A stretch of DNA of 64,000 nucleotides from a phage, in the sequence record PX104380.1. One strand, 5' to 3'. The notes below the pieces were generated by a model. It was not told the DNA's origin. It saw only the letters and a list, made by a program, of their open reading frames with translations, and searched no databases. Shown piece after piece: positions 51,201-61,620 of this stretch; within the stretch, counting starts at the first letter, position 1, and every line of letters starts with the position of its first letter. The translations under genes were made by a program, and so were the position numbers.

Positions 51201-52027
51201 AATAATATCCAATTTTTCCAAGCTTCATCAGTAGAATTACAGCGTTTTAGTATAAGATGTCTAGAAACTTTTATGGCATTTGAGCACTTTTTAATTGAAT
51301 CATATTTAATACCGTCAACTGAAACGGTTTTGCTCGTTGGAGAAATTTTTCCATACATTGGATTTTTTGAACCAACTTGAAGTCCTTTTAAAGCTTTTGA
51401 AAGCTTTTGTCTAGATTCCAATGACATGGGAGAATTCTTTTTACCTTCAATAATTCGCTTGCGATGAAGTTCGCGTTCTTCTTCGCTCAAAGAATTGTAA
51501 TATTTTTTAACACCGTTTGATATAGATAATTTATCTTTCTCAGACCGCTCTCCAACTAATTTACTTCTAACATCTTTTCGCTTCATAGCTATGCTTACAG
51601 CTTTATTTAAATTTGCTTGATGCTCTGGCGTACGTTTATATTTCTTTAAAGCACGTGAAATAGCTATTTTAGTTTCTACTGTTTTCTTTTTACCTTTATT
51701 TGCTAAACTATTTTTGTGGCGATGTTCAAGTGTCTGTTCATAAGCAGTTCCACCTTTTCCACCGGGTTTAATATTATATGTATTTTCTTTTAGACAATAC
51801 TCTTCGGTTACAAGTTCAGCTTCTTTATCATACATTTGTTTTTCATTATCAAAAACATGTAAAATTTCTTTATTAAAATTTTTTCTACCATATTTTAATA
51901 AAGCGGCACGAATCAATGTTCCTGATCCCATATAACCGTCATTTATGTTATCGGTGCTATGCGCACCGATATATTCCTTTGAATTAATTATATTTGTTAT
52001 TTTATAAATTATATAATACCTATGCAT
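51197..52027 (-). CDS. GIY-YIG homing endonuclease (I-TevI/Seg-like), free-standing between nrdD and nrdG
   Basis: 276 aa; N-terminal YYIIYKITNIINSKEYIGAHS...YMGSG; basic NUMOD-like repeats; overlaps nrdD stop by 8 nt and nrdG start. Confidence 0.72.
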   Translation of the reverse strand: MHRYYIIYKITNIINSKEYIGAHSTDNINDGYMGSGTLIRAALLKYGRKNFNKEILHVFDNEKQMYDKEAELVTEEYCLKENTYNIKPGGKGGTAYEQTLEHRHKNSLANKGKKKTVETKIAISRALKKYKRTPEHQANLNKAVSIAMKRKDVRSKLVGERSEKDKLSISNGVKKYYNSLSEEERELHRKRIIEGKKNSPMSLESRQKLSKALKGLQVGSKNPMYGKISPTSKTVSVDGIKYDSIKKCSNAIKVSRHLILKRCNSTDEAWKNWILL

Positions 52028-53837
52028 GTTTTACTCGTTTTACCATTTCTTTCATTTTACCTAAATTCCATGGAACAACGCTAGGAGTTCCAAGATATCC
52101 GCATGTTCTTCTTATGGTATTCATCTTTTTAGGATCAGTTTCTCCACAAATAGAACAAACAAATCCGTTTTCAGTAGGAGTCATTTCATGGGTACTTCCA
52201 CATGTAAAACATTTATCTACTGGCATATTAACACCAAAATAATCTAAATGTTGTGCAGCATAATCCCATACGGCCTCAAGACCCTTTAAGTTATTTTTCA
52301 TATCAGGAAGTTCAACATAAGAAATGTGGCCGCCTGTCGCAATGAAATGATATGGCGCTTCACGAGAAATCTTTTCAAACGGAGTAACATTTTCTTCTAC
52401 TGAAACGTGGAAACTGTTAGTGTACCAGCCTTTATCGGTAACATCTTTTACACTTCCATATTTTTCGGTATCAAGTTTACAGAAGCGATAACACAGGTTT
52501 TCAGCAGGAGTAGAATACAAGCTAAAAGCAAATCCGGTTCTTTCTGTCCACTGCTTAAGACGAGCATTCATTTTAGTTAAAATTTCTTGTCCAATATCAC
52601 GACCGACAAGAATATTCAATTCGTGAATACCAATGTATCCTAAGGACACTGAACTTCTACCGTTTTTAAATAACTCAATTATATCATCATCAGGTTTAAG
52701 ACGAACCCCGAATGCACCTTCTTGGTAAAGAATAGGAGCAACAGTCGCTTTAACTCCTTTTAAGGAACTAATTCTACACATCAAAGCTTCAAAACACAGA
52801 TCCATTCGTTCATTAAATAGCTCAACAAATTTCTGCTCATTGAATTGAGTTCCAATATAAGAATCTAATGCGATGCGAGGAAGATTCAATGTTACAACAC
52901 CAAGATTATTACGTCCATCAAGAATTTCATTACCGGTTGAATCTTTCCACACACTCAAGAAACTACGACAACCCATTGGAGAAACAGGAGTAGATGAGCC
53001 GGTGATAGCTTTATTGTTCTTAGCCGAAATGATGTCAGGATACATTCTTTTGCTTGCGCACTCTAGAGCAAGCTGTTTAATATCATAGTTCGGGTCGTCT
53101 TTATAAAGATTAACACCTTCTTCAACGAACATAACAAGTTTAGGGAAAATAGGAGTTATCCCATCACGACCAAGACCTTTAATACGATTTTTCAGAATTG
53201 CTTTCTGAATCATTCGTTCAGTCCAGTCAGTTCCCGTACCAAATGTAATTGTTACAAAAGGCGTTTGTCCGTTTGAACTAAAGAGAGTATTTACTTCATA
53301 TTCATAAGCTTGGAATGCATCGTATACATCTTTTTCTGTTTTAGATTGAGCATAATTCAACGCATCAGCGATTTGCCATTTTTCTGCATCCTCAATATGT
53401 TTTGCATAGGTGCGTTTAACATAAGGAGAAAGTACTTTATCTACATTCGCAAAAGTCGTTCCGCCGTATTGATGGGAAGCAACCTGTGCAGTAATTTGTG
53501 CCATAATTGCAGTAGCAACACCGATTGATTTAGGAGTTTCAATCTGTGCATTACCAAGCTTAAATCCGTTCTCAAGCATTCCTTTTAAATCTACTAAACA
53601 ACAATTAGTAAATGGAAGAGCAGGGGAATAATCAATATCATGGAAATGAATAATTCCGCTTTCATGCGCTTTCATAATAAAAGACGGGACCATATTTTTG
53701 GCAATGTGTTTAGACACAATACCAGCCATAAGGTCCCGTTGAGTTGGAAAAACACGAGAATCTTTATTAGCATTCTCGTTTAAAAGGTCTTTATTAGTTT
53801 TATGAATCAATCCTTCAATTTCTTTTTCAATTGTCAT
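52020..53837 (-). CDS. nrdD: Anaerobic ribonucleotide reductase NrdD, intronless
   Basis: 605 aa contiguous; glycyl-radical region RRTCGYLG and C-terminal Zn ribbon CFTCGS...CSICG. Confidence 0.95.
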   Translation of the reverse strand: MTIEKEIEGLIHKTNKDLLNENANKDSRVFPTQRDLMAGIVSKHIAKNMVPSFIMKAHESGIIHFHDIDYSPALPFTNCCLVDLKGMLENGFKLGNAQIETPKSIGVATAIMAQITAQVASHQYGGTTFANVDKVLSPYVKRTYAKHIEDAEKWQIADALNYAQSKTEKDVYDAFQAYEYEVNTLFSSNGQTPFVTITFGTGTDWTERMIQKAILKNRIKGLGRDGITPIFPKLVMFVEEGVNLYKDDPNYDIKQLALECASKRMYPDIISAKNNKAITGSSTPVSPMGCRSFLSVWKDSTGNEILDGRNNLGVVTLNLPRIALDSYIGTQFNEQKFVELFNERMDLCFEALMCRISSLKGVKATVAPILYQEGAFGVRLKPDDDIIELFKNGRSSVSLGYIGIHELNILVGRDIGQEILTKMNARLKQWTERTGFAFSLYSTPAENLCYRFCKLDTEKYGSVKDVTDKGWYTNSFHVSVEENVTPFEKISREAPYHFIATGGHISYVELPDMKNNLKGLEAVWDYAAQHLDYFGVNMPVDKCFTCGSTHEMTPTENGFVCSICGETDPKKMNTIRRTCGYLGTPSVVPWNLGKMKEMVKRVKHA

Positions 53838-54307
53838 TTTAAACTCTTTCTAAGCTGCTTCTTGAATGAAGCTATTAATTGTGTTTTGGTGTCAGATTCA
53901 TTATATTCAAATCCTCTTTGAAGCATCTCGGCAATCATTTCCTCTTTTCCTAAACGAGAAAATTCCTTTGATTTATCTCCAACAAAGTTAGGGTGAATAT
54001 TATTTTGGGTGTAATCGGATTTTAAATAAGTAAGTAAATTTTCTAACCATTCAAGATAATCAACACCTTGCCCCTTTAAGCCAGAACGATTAAATTTATG
54101 TTTCATTTGACCTTCCGCGGCATTGCAGAGATTACAAAGCAATCCACGTACCTTTCCTGCTTTTGGTCCATTTAATTCATGGTCATGGTCAAGGTGATTA
54201 GCTTGAACATCAGGATTTAATTCTCGTTGGCAAATTAAGCATTTACCATTTTGTGCATCATAAAATTTCTGTTTTTCTTCTTTATATAATTTGCCAGTCA
54301 ATAACAT
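53834..54307 (-). CDS. 49: Endonuclease VII gp49
   Basis: 157 aa; MLLTGKLYKEEKQKFYDAQNGKCLICQRELNPDVQANHLDHDHELNGPKAGKVRGLLCNLCN. Confidence 0.95.
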   Translation of the reverse strand: MLLTGKLYKEEKQKFYDAQNGKCLICQRELNPDVQANHLDHDHELNGPKAGKVRGLLCNLCNAAEGQMKHKFNRSGLKGQGVDYLEWLENLLTYLKSDYTQNNIHPNFVGDKSKEFSRLGKEEMIAEMLQRGFEYNESDTKTQLIASFKKQLRKSLK

Positions 54308-54348
54308 AATAAACCCTTACCTTAAATAGATAAGGGTATTTATTATTT

Positions 54349-54834
54349 TCAAGTATTGTAAAACATTCGATGCAATCGCTTATATTGCCGAATCTTTTGG
54401 TCAGAAAAAGAAATTTGGGTTTCAAGCCATTCAATATATTCTGCCGCAGCTTGCATCAGGTTACCTTCATAGCCATCGTTATTTTCTTGCGCAGCTAATT
54501 TAGCTAATGCGTATGAAATACGTTCACCTTGAAAATCGGCTTTAGGCTTCTGAACAACTTGATTAGTTCGCTCTACAACTTCTTCAATTTCGCCATTTTC
54601 AACGGATTCAGTATTCCATAAGCACCAATACGTAATTGGCTTATCATAGATATTAATAATCTTTCCGTCGGAAAGTTCAATTTCAATAATTCCAGTATCA
54701 GGCTCTATATCATCTTCACATTCTTTTGCAAGTTCACGAACTTTAAAGACAGTACCTGCGCTAAGTTCCGGCCAGTAATTACACAGCCCTGTATCAGCAC
54801 GATTAATTCTAAACCACTTATCTACTGTAATCAT
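54349..54834 (-). CDS. pin: Protease inhibitor Pin-like
   Basis: 161 aa from ATG 54834; directly downstream of 49 as in T4. Confidence 0.6.
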   Translation of the reverse strand: MITVDKWFRINRADTGLCNYWPELSAGTVFKVRELAKECEDDIEPDTGIIEIELSDGKIINIYDKPITYWCLWNTESVENGEIEEVVERTNQVVQKPKADFQGERISYALAKLAAQENNDGYEGNLMQAAAEYIEWLETQISFSDQKIRQYKRLHRMFYNT

Positions 54835-54956
54835 GTCCCATCTCCATATCAATTAAGTCATTTATCGTTGGTTCATTATATACTGTTTCTTCATCAGTGT
54901 AAACCGGTTCTTCCGGCTCTGGCTCTACAGTTTCCCATCTAGCCGCCCACCAAGGT

Positions 54957-55166
54957 TTAACCCCGAAGCTTATTAAGTTCTTCATCATCAATCCAGGATT
55001 CTAGTCCTGTTGGCAGGTCACATTCAATTTCCCAAAGAAGTTCTTCAATTTTCTGAAGACGATCTAGTTCTTCAGCAGGAATAGTAACCATTGACGGAGC
55101 TCTTGCTACATTAATATCGTAAATCATATTTACCCCAGTTTGACCATACAATCGCCGTATTTCCAC
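54957..55166 (-). CDS. Hypothetical protein (69 aa)
   Basis: ORF. Confidence 0.45.
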   Translation of the reverse strand: MEIRRLYGQTGVNMIYDINVARAPSMVTIPAEELDRLQKIEELLWEIECDLPTGLESWIDDEELNKLRG

Positions 55167-55345
55167 TTAGAAATAGACTTTTCACCATTAGAATAATAAA
55201 CTTCAAGTTTAGCACGATTATTTTTAATTTGAATAACCTTGGCTGTCATCAAAGTTCCATACCCATAATAAACTGCAACTTCATCACCTACATATACCGC
55301 GCTTCCGCGGTAATCATGGATATAATCAGTTCCTTCGAGCATCAT
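55130..55345 (-). CDS. Hypothetical protein (71 aa)
   Basis: ORF. Confidence 0.45.
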   Translation of the reverse strand: MMLEGTDYIHDYRGSAVYVGDEVAVYYGYGTLMTAKVIQIKNNRAKLEVYYSNGEKSISKWKYGDCMVKLG

Positions 55346-55605
55346 TTAAAGTATTCCCGCAATTGGTCAAATCCACCAATATGACTTCCATCAGGAGCAA
55401 ATACTTGTGGCATTGTCAAACCAATTTGAGTATCACGACCTAGTTTAGTCAGAAGCTCAGCGATTTTCTCATCATCAAAAACACCTTTTTCCGGCATAAT
55501 GTTGATAAATTCAAACGGCTGTTTCTTCACGGTCAAAAGACGTTTTGCATTATCACAATACACGCATTTGTGGATGTTGCTATCATAACCATATACTTTA
55601 AACAT
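55342..55605 (-). CDS. nrdC: Glutaredoxin/thioredoxin NrdC
   Basis: 87 aa; MFKVYGYDSNIHKCVYCDNAKRLLTVKKQPFEFINIMPEKG with CVYC active site. Confidence 0.95.
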   Translation of the reverse strand: MFKVYGYDSNIHKCVYCDNAKRLLTVKKQPFEFINIMPEKGVFDDEKIAELLTKLGRDTQIGLTMPQVFAPDGSHIGGFDQLREYFK

Positions 55606-55606
55606 A

Positions 55607-55849
55607 TTATTCCTTAATTCCTAGTACTTGTTTAAAAGTCTCGTCGTAATCAAGACTTTGACCCGTTTGTTCTTTATGTTTGTATATAATATCACTTACT
55701 TCTGATAGCATATTTTTATATGAACGAGTTAAAGCAGATTTAAGCACGCTGTATCTATCAGGAAATTTACCATGTTCATTATAATAAGCTATTGCTAATT
55801 CACGGACTGCCTTTTCAGCAGCCTCCATATATTCTTTACGCTTGGTCAT
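55607..55849 (-). CDS. Hypothetical protein (80 aa)
   Basis: ORF. Confidence 0.5.
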   Translation of the reverse strand: MTKRKEYMEAAEKAVRELAIAYYNEHGKFPDRYSVLKSALTRSYKNMLSEVSDIIYKHKEQTGQSLDYDETFKQVLGIKE

Positions 55850-55851
55850 TT

Positions 55852-56241
55852 TTAATCCAAAATATTATTAGGCATTGGTTGAACACTCACAAGTTCTTTA
55901 AAGAACTCAGTAGAATCAGGCAATTTAACCATTTCCGGAGCATGCTTACTGAATTTATGTTTACATTGACGGCATTTATATTCAAGCTCTGGTTTACGCC
56001 AGTTAATCAATTGAACTTGTTCAGTACCGCATTCAGGGCAATTAGGAACATTTTTAGAAGCTCTTTCACGTCGTTCAACCATAACCATAATGGCATCCCA
56101 AGCAGGAGGTTTAAAGTCTAAATCGTCACAACCATGAATCTTTCCACGCATTTCCAAATCGTCTTCTTCACCAGCCATAATAATTTTAATTAGACTAGAA
56201 TTACTTGAAGCTGCAATATCTTCTAATAAACGCTTTTTCAT
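55852..56241 (-). CDS. Zinc-ribbon protein (129 aa)
   Basis: CPECGTEQ...CRQCKH. Confidence 0.55.
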   Translation of the reverse strand: MKKRLLEDIAASSNSSLIKIIMAGEEDDLEMRGKIHGCDDLDFKPPAWDAIMVMVERRERASKNVPNCPECGTEQVQLINWRKPELEYKCRQCKHKFSKHAPEMVKLPDSTEFFKELVSVQPMPNNILD

Positions 56242-57164
56242 TTCAGTACCTCAATAGCATCACGTAAACCATTTGCTTTGGCGGTTAAAGCCTTAAGAAC
56301 TTTAGTATGCTCTTCAATTTGTTTTTCAACTTCAATCAAACGAGCATTGAGATATTCGCGTTCTTCTTTCATAGTATCATTTCCATGATTGGATTTTGGT
56401 GTAGGTTTAAATTCACTAGGGTCCTTTAACTTAATAACAAATTTAGTTTCAAACAGTGAAAGACCATAATTCGTATTATCATCAAAGGATTTAACTACAT
56501 CCATATTAGATAATAACTCATGCAAATTATAAGACAAAGAACTAATAGTTTCATTGTGTTTATTAGCTTCGCGTGGTTTCATATACGGAAGATTTTTATA
56601 TATCTCATGCGGAGCGCAAACGATAATTGACAATTCAAATTGTCCATTCTGGGACGATGGAATGAATTTAGCCGTAACCCAGTCTTTTACATTCACATTA
56701 ATAGTACGGTTATCACCATGACAAAACAGTCTACGAGAATGCTTAAAAAGCATATTCACGTTATTATTGAATTCGTGTGAAAATTCACTAGCAAATTTTT
56801 CTTTACTATCTTTAGAAAACCATTCTTCTAAATAAGTTCTTTTCACGTCATTAATAATATTAAATGTAACAACACTAGCATTTGATACATTAGTCTTAAT
56901 GTAGCTTGGATACATAAATTTTTTAACATTATTAACAGCTATCACAGAAGATAGTAATCGGGAACGTTTGAACCACTCGAGCAAAGAACCAAGAGAATGT
57001 GAATACGCATTTTGTGTATCTTTACAAATATGGTTTTCCCATCCAATATAGTCTAAAAAATCACGAAGAATATTATTGATTACTGCTCTGTGTCCGATCT
57101 GATAATTACGATGTTTAGTAATAAGACTGTCAAAATAATCAATATAATGTTTACGAGTTTTCAT
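56238..57164 (-). CDS. Coiled-coil paralog family member 1 (308 aa)
   Basis: C-terminal heptad-like region [42 protein letters not shown]. Confidence 0.6.
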   Translation of the reverse strand: MKTRKHYIDYFDSLITKHRNYQIGHRAVINNILRDFLDYIGWENHICKDTQNAYSHSLGSLLEWFKRSRLLSSVIAVNNVKKFMYPSYIKTNVSNASVVTFNIINDVKRTYLEEWFSKDSKEKFASEFSHEFNNNVNMLFKHSRRLFCHGDNRTINVNVKDWVTAKFIPSSQNGQFELSIIVCAPHEIYKNLPYMKPREANKHNETISSLSYNLHELLSNMDVVKSFDDNTNYGLSLFETKFVIKLKDPSEFKPTPKSNHGNDTMKEEREYLNARLIEVEKQIEEHTKVLKALTAKANGLRDAIEVLK

Positions 57165-57216
57165 GTTCTTCTCACTTGGTTAATGATTTATACTCCGAGC
57201 CATCCTTGGCTTTAAA

Positions 57217-58218
57217 TTACTTAATTAACTGTAAAGCCTGTTCTAAACGATCAAGACGATTAACAGATTCTTCCCAAATCCTTTTAGCCTGCTCATATTC
57301 TTTCTGCGCTTTATTAGAAATTTCTAGAACTTCTTTATAAGCTTTTTCTAATGCAATAACTTCTGGACGAATTTCTACCGGTTCAGGTGAATCATCAAGA
57401 CATTCCATTAGTTCCTCAAGGGTAGTTTCTTCTTTAGGAGTATTCACAATTTCATCACATTTTTGTTGGTAAATTTCTTTACTAGTAGGTGAATAAGTAC
57501 ATTTCACTTCACGAAGACTAACTACAATTTTATATCCTTCCCAACCGCATATATTCTTAAAAGGATATGTATGAATATTTTCTACCGTTTCCATACAAAG
57601 TAATGCAGTCTCTAACTGATGAGTTGTATCACTAGCAATTGAGAAAAATTTATTAATATTCTTTTGATTAGCTTCTGGTGTAAAAAATTCATAATTCACA
57701 AAAATAGCTGCTTTATTTTTATCAAGTTCATATTCTTTTATGATAATCATATCAGAAGCCAAAGGATGAATTTGACGATAATCGCCATAACATAATTTAG
57801 AAGCTGATTTTAGAATTTGCTTCTTGAAAAGTCTAAAATTACTAATCCAACGACGAGTAAAAATATTCTCAGGGTCTTCTTTATTATTAAGATGATAAGA
57901 ATTAACATCACCGAACCAACTGTATCCTACTACATCTTTGGTTCGTTTAATTTCTTTCCCAAAATTACTAAGAATATCTTGATTAACTAAATATGAAAGA
58001 AGACGAGACCCTTTAAAGGTTTCCTTAATATCATCTTTATCTACACGACTAGAAATTTTATGAACTTCATGAATAAATTTGCTGGAAGAAACAATACTTG
58101 CATCAGTATTGTTGAGCCACTGATTGATAATAGAAAGAACACTATTCTGACTAGACATAGGTTTAACTTTATCATCAATAACACTATTGAATGATTTGAT
58201 ATATTCGTTACGAGTCAT
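57217..58218 (-). CDS. Coiled-coil paralog family member 2 (333 aa)
   Basis: start at ATG 58218 behind GGAG; shared motif FRLFKKQILKSASKL; C-terminal coiled coil. Confidence 0.6.
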   Translation of the reverse strand: MTRNEYIKSFNSVIDDKVKPMSSQNSVLSIINQWLNNTDASIVSSSKFIHEVHKISSRVDKDDIKETFKGSRLLSYLVNQDILSNFGKEIKRTKDVVGYSWFGDVNSYHLNNKEDPENIFTRRWISNFRLFKKQILKSASKLCYGDYRQIHPLASDMIIIKEYELDKNKAAIFVNYEFFTPEANQKNINKFFSIASDTTHQLETALLCMETVENIHTYPFKNICGWEGYKIVVSLREVKCTYSPTSKEIYQQKCDEIVNTPKEETTLEELMECLDDSPEPVEIRPEVIALEKAYKEVLEISNKAQKEYEQAKRIWEESVNRLDRLEQALQLIK

Positions 58219-58240
58219 ATTAATCTCCTCAGTAGAAAGT

Positions 58241-58297
58241 AAGAACATTATACCACATCCTTGTGGCAAAGTAAACTAGTTCAGTGCATTTAGTGCG
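58241..58297 (-). promoter_or_regulatory. Early promoter
   Basis: GTTTAC (58271-58276), 18-bp spacer, TGGTATAAT (58247-58255). Confidence 0.55.
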
Positions 58298-59280
58298 TTG
58301 TTCAATTTAGAACGTTGCTTCGTGAGATTTTTTACTTTTTCTTGAGCTTTTTCTAGCATCTTTTCAGCTTCTAACACTTCATTAGTTGCTTTAACGAGTT
58401 CATCATCTACTGCCTTGATAGACTTCTCAATCGCATCCGCGTGCCATTTTTCAACAGGTTTAAGACTCGGATTTTCAACAGGAAGAAAATTCACTTTATT
58501 GAATTTCCATGCATCATTATTACCTGAACTATACATCCAAAATTTAGGATCGTTTGATGAGTAATTAGTTTGGTGTTCAGGTTTTTTCTCTTGTATAACT
58601 TCGTCCTTTCTCAAAAAATCGTATTTAAATGAAACGATCATATCAAGTTCATACGTTGTTGTGTCTAATTTAAATCGTTCAAAACGAGGTAAAATCTTAG
58701 ATTGAACAGCAGCAACAACATCCATATACTTAAATGCTTCTGTCAGCTGTGATTTAAGACATTCACAAATTGAAAGAGAATTTTTTGTATTAGGTTTAAA
58801 GCTAATTCGTGCAGTTCTATTATTTTCTTTTAATGGTCTTACTTCCATCTGAAGAGTATAACCATCAAATTTCAGGTTCTTTAAGTTAATGTCAGAACCT
58901 TTTAATCGACTAGCCGTCGACAAAATTTGCTTTAATTGTTTACGGAATAGAGCAATAAATCTCCATTCAATACGATAATGATTTGGATTGAAAAATCCAG
59001 ATGATAAATCGACCTTACTTTGACCAACGCCTTGAACAAATAAAGGATTTTTATAATCAATAGTTTTACAGAAATCGGTGAGCTGCTCACGAGCAGTCAT
59101 TTGTGTAATATACCCTGCTTCATTAAAATTACGCACCCATTCACTGCTATTCATATATTTAAAGTGAATGGAACTATTAACTTTATCAGGGTCTAAATTA
59201 TTTTGGCACAAAAATGTCATAACATCACGAGTATAGCTGGCATTACGAACCATATCTTCAATTTGAGAACGAGTTTTCAT
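58276..59280 (-). CDS. Coiled-coil paralog family member 3 (334 aa)
   Basis: shared motif FIALFRKQLKQILSTASRL; C-terminal coiled coil. Confidence 0.6.
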   Translation of the reverse strand: MKTRSQIEDMVRNASYTRDVMTFLCQNNLDPDKVNSSIHFKYMNSSEWVRNFNEAGYITQMTAREQLTDFCKTIDYKNPLFVQGVGQSKVDLSSGFFNPNHYRIEWRFIALFRKQLKQILSTASRLKGSDINLKNLKFDGYTLQMEVRPLKENNRTARISFKPNTKNSLSICECLKSQLTEAFKYMDVVAAVQSKILPRFERFKLDTTTYELDMIVSFKYDFLRKDEVIQEKKPEHQTNYSSNDPKFWMYSSGNNDAWKFNKVNFLPVENPSLKPVEKWHADAIEKSIKAVDDELVKATNEVLEAEKMLEKAQEKVKNLTKQRSKLNNALNALN

Positions 59281-59288
59281 GGTGTTCC

Positions 59289-60191
59289 TTAAGATTTAAG
59301 TAAATCAACAATTTTAATTAATTTTTCACGTTCAGATTTAGCTTTACTACTCAATCCGGATAGTCTAAAGATTTCATCGTCATACTGTTGAATAGAAATA
59401 TTTAGCTCTTCAATTTGCTTATTAAAATAATCAATTTGCTCAGAATGTTTTTCGTTACTGCGAACTGGTACAGGTTTTGTAGGCAATTTAGTTAAACTGG
59501 ATTCATCCGGGCGATAAATTAAAATACAACTTGAACCAATCGGGCATTTTGCACCAGATGAATATTCTAATGTTCCGGCTTCTTTTAAAACTTCAAAAGC
59601 TAAACAGAGATGATGCCCCATATTAACATAATCTGTAGAGCGAGCTCTGACGTAATAATCATCGCCGCGAATACTAAATTTAAAGCATTTAAGGTCTTCT
59701 GTATTATTGGTCTTAAAAATCATTTGTTTATCTAGACCTTTAGCTAATCGAGCGCCTAATGCTAATAATCGTCGTTGATTTTCCCACAAATCTGCGATCA
59801 TTTGGTCAAATGATAATTTCGGCATTAGTCGACCATAAAGGTCATATCCTTTATTATAATTACGAAGGATTTCACTCGCGTTAATACGAGACAATGCTCC
59901 AATTTTATTAAGGGCTTTCATAATGCGATTAGATAAACCCATTCCAGACCCGTTTGTTCGCTGCAAATGTTTTTCTAATCCAAATCCAATATCAACTTTA
60001 AACTTATCTAAAATTTCTGCATGAACATCTCTGTCAATAACATTCAAATCCAAAGTTGGGTTAAATCTATGAAAAAATTTATCTGGCTCTCCACGACGAA
60101 GTACAGTCCATTCATTCATTTTTTTATTAACTAAAGATTTAATTACTGTATTGACATTATTAATTACTACTGACATATTTTTCTCACTCAA
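59289..60191 (-). CDS. Coiled-coil paralog family member 4 (300 aa)
   Basis: shared motif LWENQRRLLALGARLAKGL; C-terminal coiled coil. Confidence 0.6.
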   Translation of the reverse strand: MSEKNMSVVINNVNTVIKSLVNKKMNEWTVLRRGEPDKFFHRFNPTLDLNVIDRDVHAEILDKFKVDIGFGLEKHLQRTNGSGMGLSNRIMKALNKIGALSRINASEILRNYNKGYDLYGRLMPKLSFDQMIADLWENQRRLLALGARLAKGLDKQMIFKTNNTEDLKCFKFSIRGDDYYVRARSTDYVNMGHHLCLAFEVLKEAGTLEYSSGAKCPIGSSCILIYRPDESSLTKLPTKPVPVRSNEKHSEQIDYFNKQIEELNISIQQYDDEIFRLSGLSSKAKSEREKLIKIVDLLKS

Positions 60192-60592
60192 TTTTCAATT
60201 TTACTAAATACACAGAATATGATGGAAAAGACTATATAAGCACCGCATACAGATTGAACTAATACCATTCCAAAGAACCAAACAATATTATCAAACAATG
60301 TCTGTTTTACGTCGAAAGGACGTAAACTTACAGTAATATTATCGCCTTTTTCTATTGATGAATACATCTCTGGTGAAATATATTCGCTAAATCTATAACC
60401 ATCATTCAGCTCATATACAGCAATAAACGATAAACTAGACCCCTTTCCTTGTGTTCCTGTAATAGTATTAACTACAGTAACATCATAATCTTTATAATGC
60501 ATATAATCATTAATTGCATAATAACCATATGCAATTACTATACATAAACAACATATCAATAAATTCAATCTTTTAATTATCAACTGTTTCAT
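60188..60592 (-). CDS. Membrane protein (134 aa)
   Basis: N-terminal and C-terminal TM segments. Confidence 0.55.
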   Translation of the reverse strand: MKQLIIKRLNLLICCLCIVIAYGYYAINDYMHYKDYDVTVVNTITGTQGKGSSLSFIAVYELNDGYRFSEYISPEMYSSIEKGDNITVSLRPFDVKQTLFDNIVWFFGMVLVQSVCGAYIVFSIIFCVFSKIEN

Positions 60593-60647
60593 AATAATCT
60601 CAATTAAAAGGGCTTAGAACCATTATACCATCCTTGGTATAAAGCGG

Positions 60648-61175
60648 TTATGCGAGTACCGTCTTTAACCGTTCTTCAAACTTCCGAAGAGTATTCTGGC
60701 GTTCAGCTCTTTGCTTTTTGTAAGTTTCAATACGCTCTGAAATGAGAGTGTATCGTTCATTTACTGATTCTTTCATAAAATCAGGAATTTCACGAGAAGC
60801 TTTAATCTCATCAAATTTATCAATAACAGCTTGCTCTTCAGCAATTAAGTTATCATACATCAAAATATCTTTCTTGATGAACTCAATATCTTCTTGAGTT
60901 ACACGAGATAACTTAGATGCTTTATCCTTTTTGTACTGTTCGTTAGTATCACGAGACCAGTGTAATGTACGATTTTTATTCGTATTTTTGTAAATTTCTA
61001 CGATACCAATCTCATCAATAATAACGATCCAATTCCAACGGGATTTGTAAATTTGTCCTCCATCAACTGTGATTTCACCTCCGATTGAGATGTCATTAAA
61101 GAACTTGCTTTGTGCTTCAGATTTAAATTTACCATCGTTGTAATTTACCAAGTTGAAAATATCTTTAGCGTTCAT
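60648..61175 (-). CDS. Hypothetical protein (175 aa)
   Basis: ORF behind conserved leader and early promoter. Confidence 0.55.
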   Translation of the reverse strand: MNAKDIFNLVNYNDGKFKSEAQSKFFNDISIGGEITVDGGQIYKSRWNWIVIIDEIGIVEIYKNTNKNRTLHWSRDTNEQYKKDKASKLSRVTQEDIEFIKKDILMYDNLIAEEQAVIDKFDEIKASREIPDFMKESVNERYTLISERIETYKKQRAERQNTLRKFEERLKTVLA

Positions 61176-61197
61176 TTTCTGTTCCTCTGTAGTTGAT

Positions 61198-61255
61198 AGT
61201 TGTATAGTACCACAGAGGAACAGTCTTGTAAACCACTAAAAGAAACTTCTTTCAC
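61198..61255 (-). promoter_or_regulatory. Early promoter module
   Basis: GTTTAC (61228-61233), 18-bp spacer, TGGTACTAT (61204-61212); 12-bp inverted repeat CTGTTCCTCTGT/ACAGAGGAACAG flanks the -10. Confidence 0.6.
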
Positions 61256-61550
61256 AATTTTTTCCACTGAACCACGCGCTCACTGCTTTCTTAGTCTCAG
61301 GAGCAGTGTTATCCATAAACCATTCAAAGGCAGCCTTTTTATGATTCTGGAGGGCTTCTCGGGCTTTAATCTGCTCACGGTCTATTAACACTAACATATG
61401 AGCCTTTCTTGTCACCAAGGGCTTCTTATGATTTTTTGAATACTCCCAATCATTTGTCCATCGCATCGTTGTTGCGAACTGAAATACTGCTTCTTTAATT
61501 TTAGTTTCGTAAATTTCACGAGCCTTTGAGTATAACATCATTACCTCCAT
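61236..61550 (-). CDS. Hypothetical protein (104 aa)
   Basis: ORF. Confidence 0.5.
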   Translation of the reverse strand: MEVMMLYSKAREIYETKIKEAVFQFATTMRWTNDWEYSKNHKKPLVTRKAHMLVLIDREQIKAREALQNHKKAAFEWFMDNTAPETKKAVSAWFSGKNCERSFF

Positions 61551-61620
61551 TTACTAGTTTAATTCTAGTCATCTTTTTGATGGCAGTCCATATAATCTAT
61601 TTCTGAACTGCCTTTTTGTC

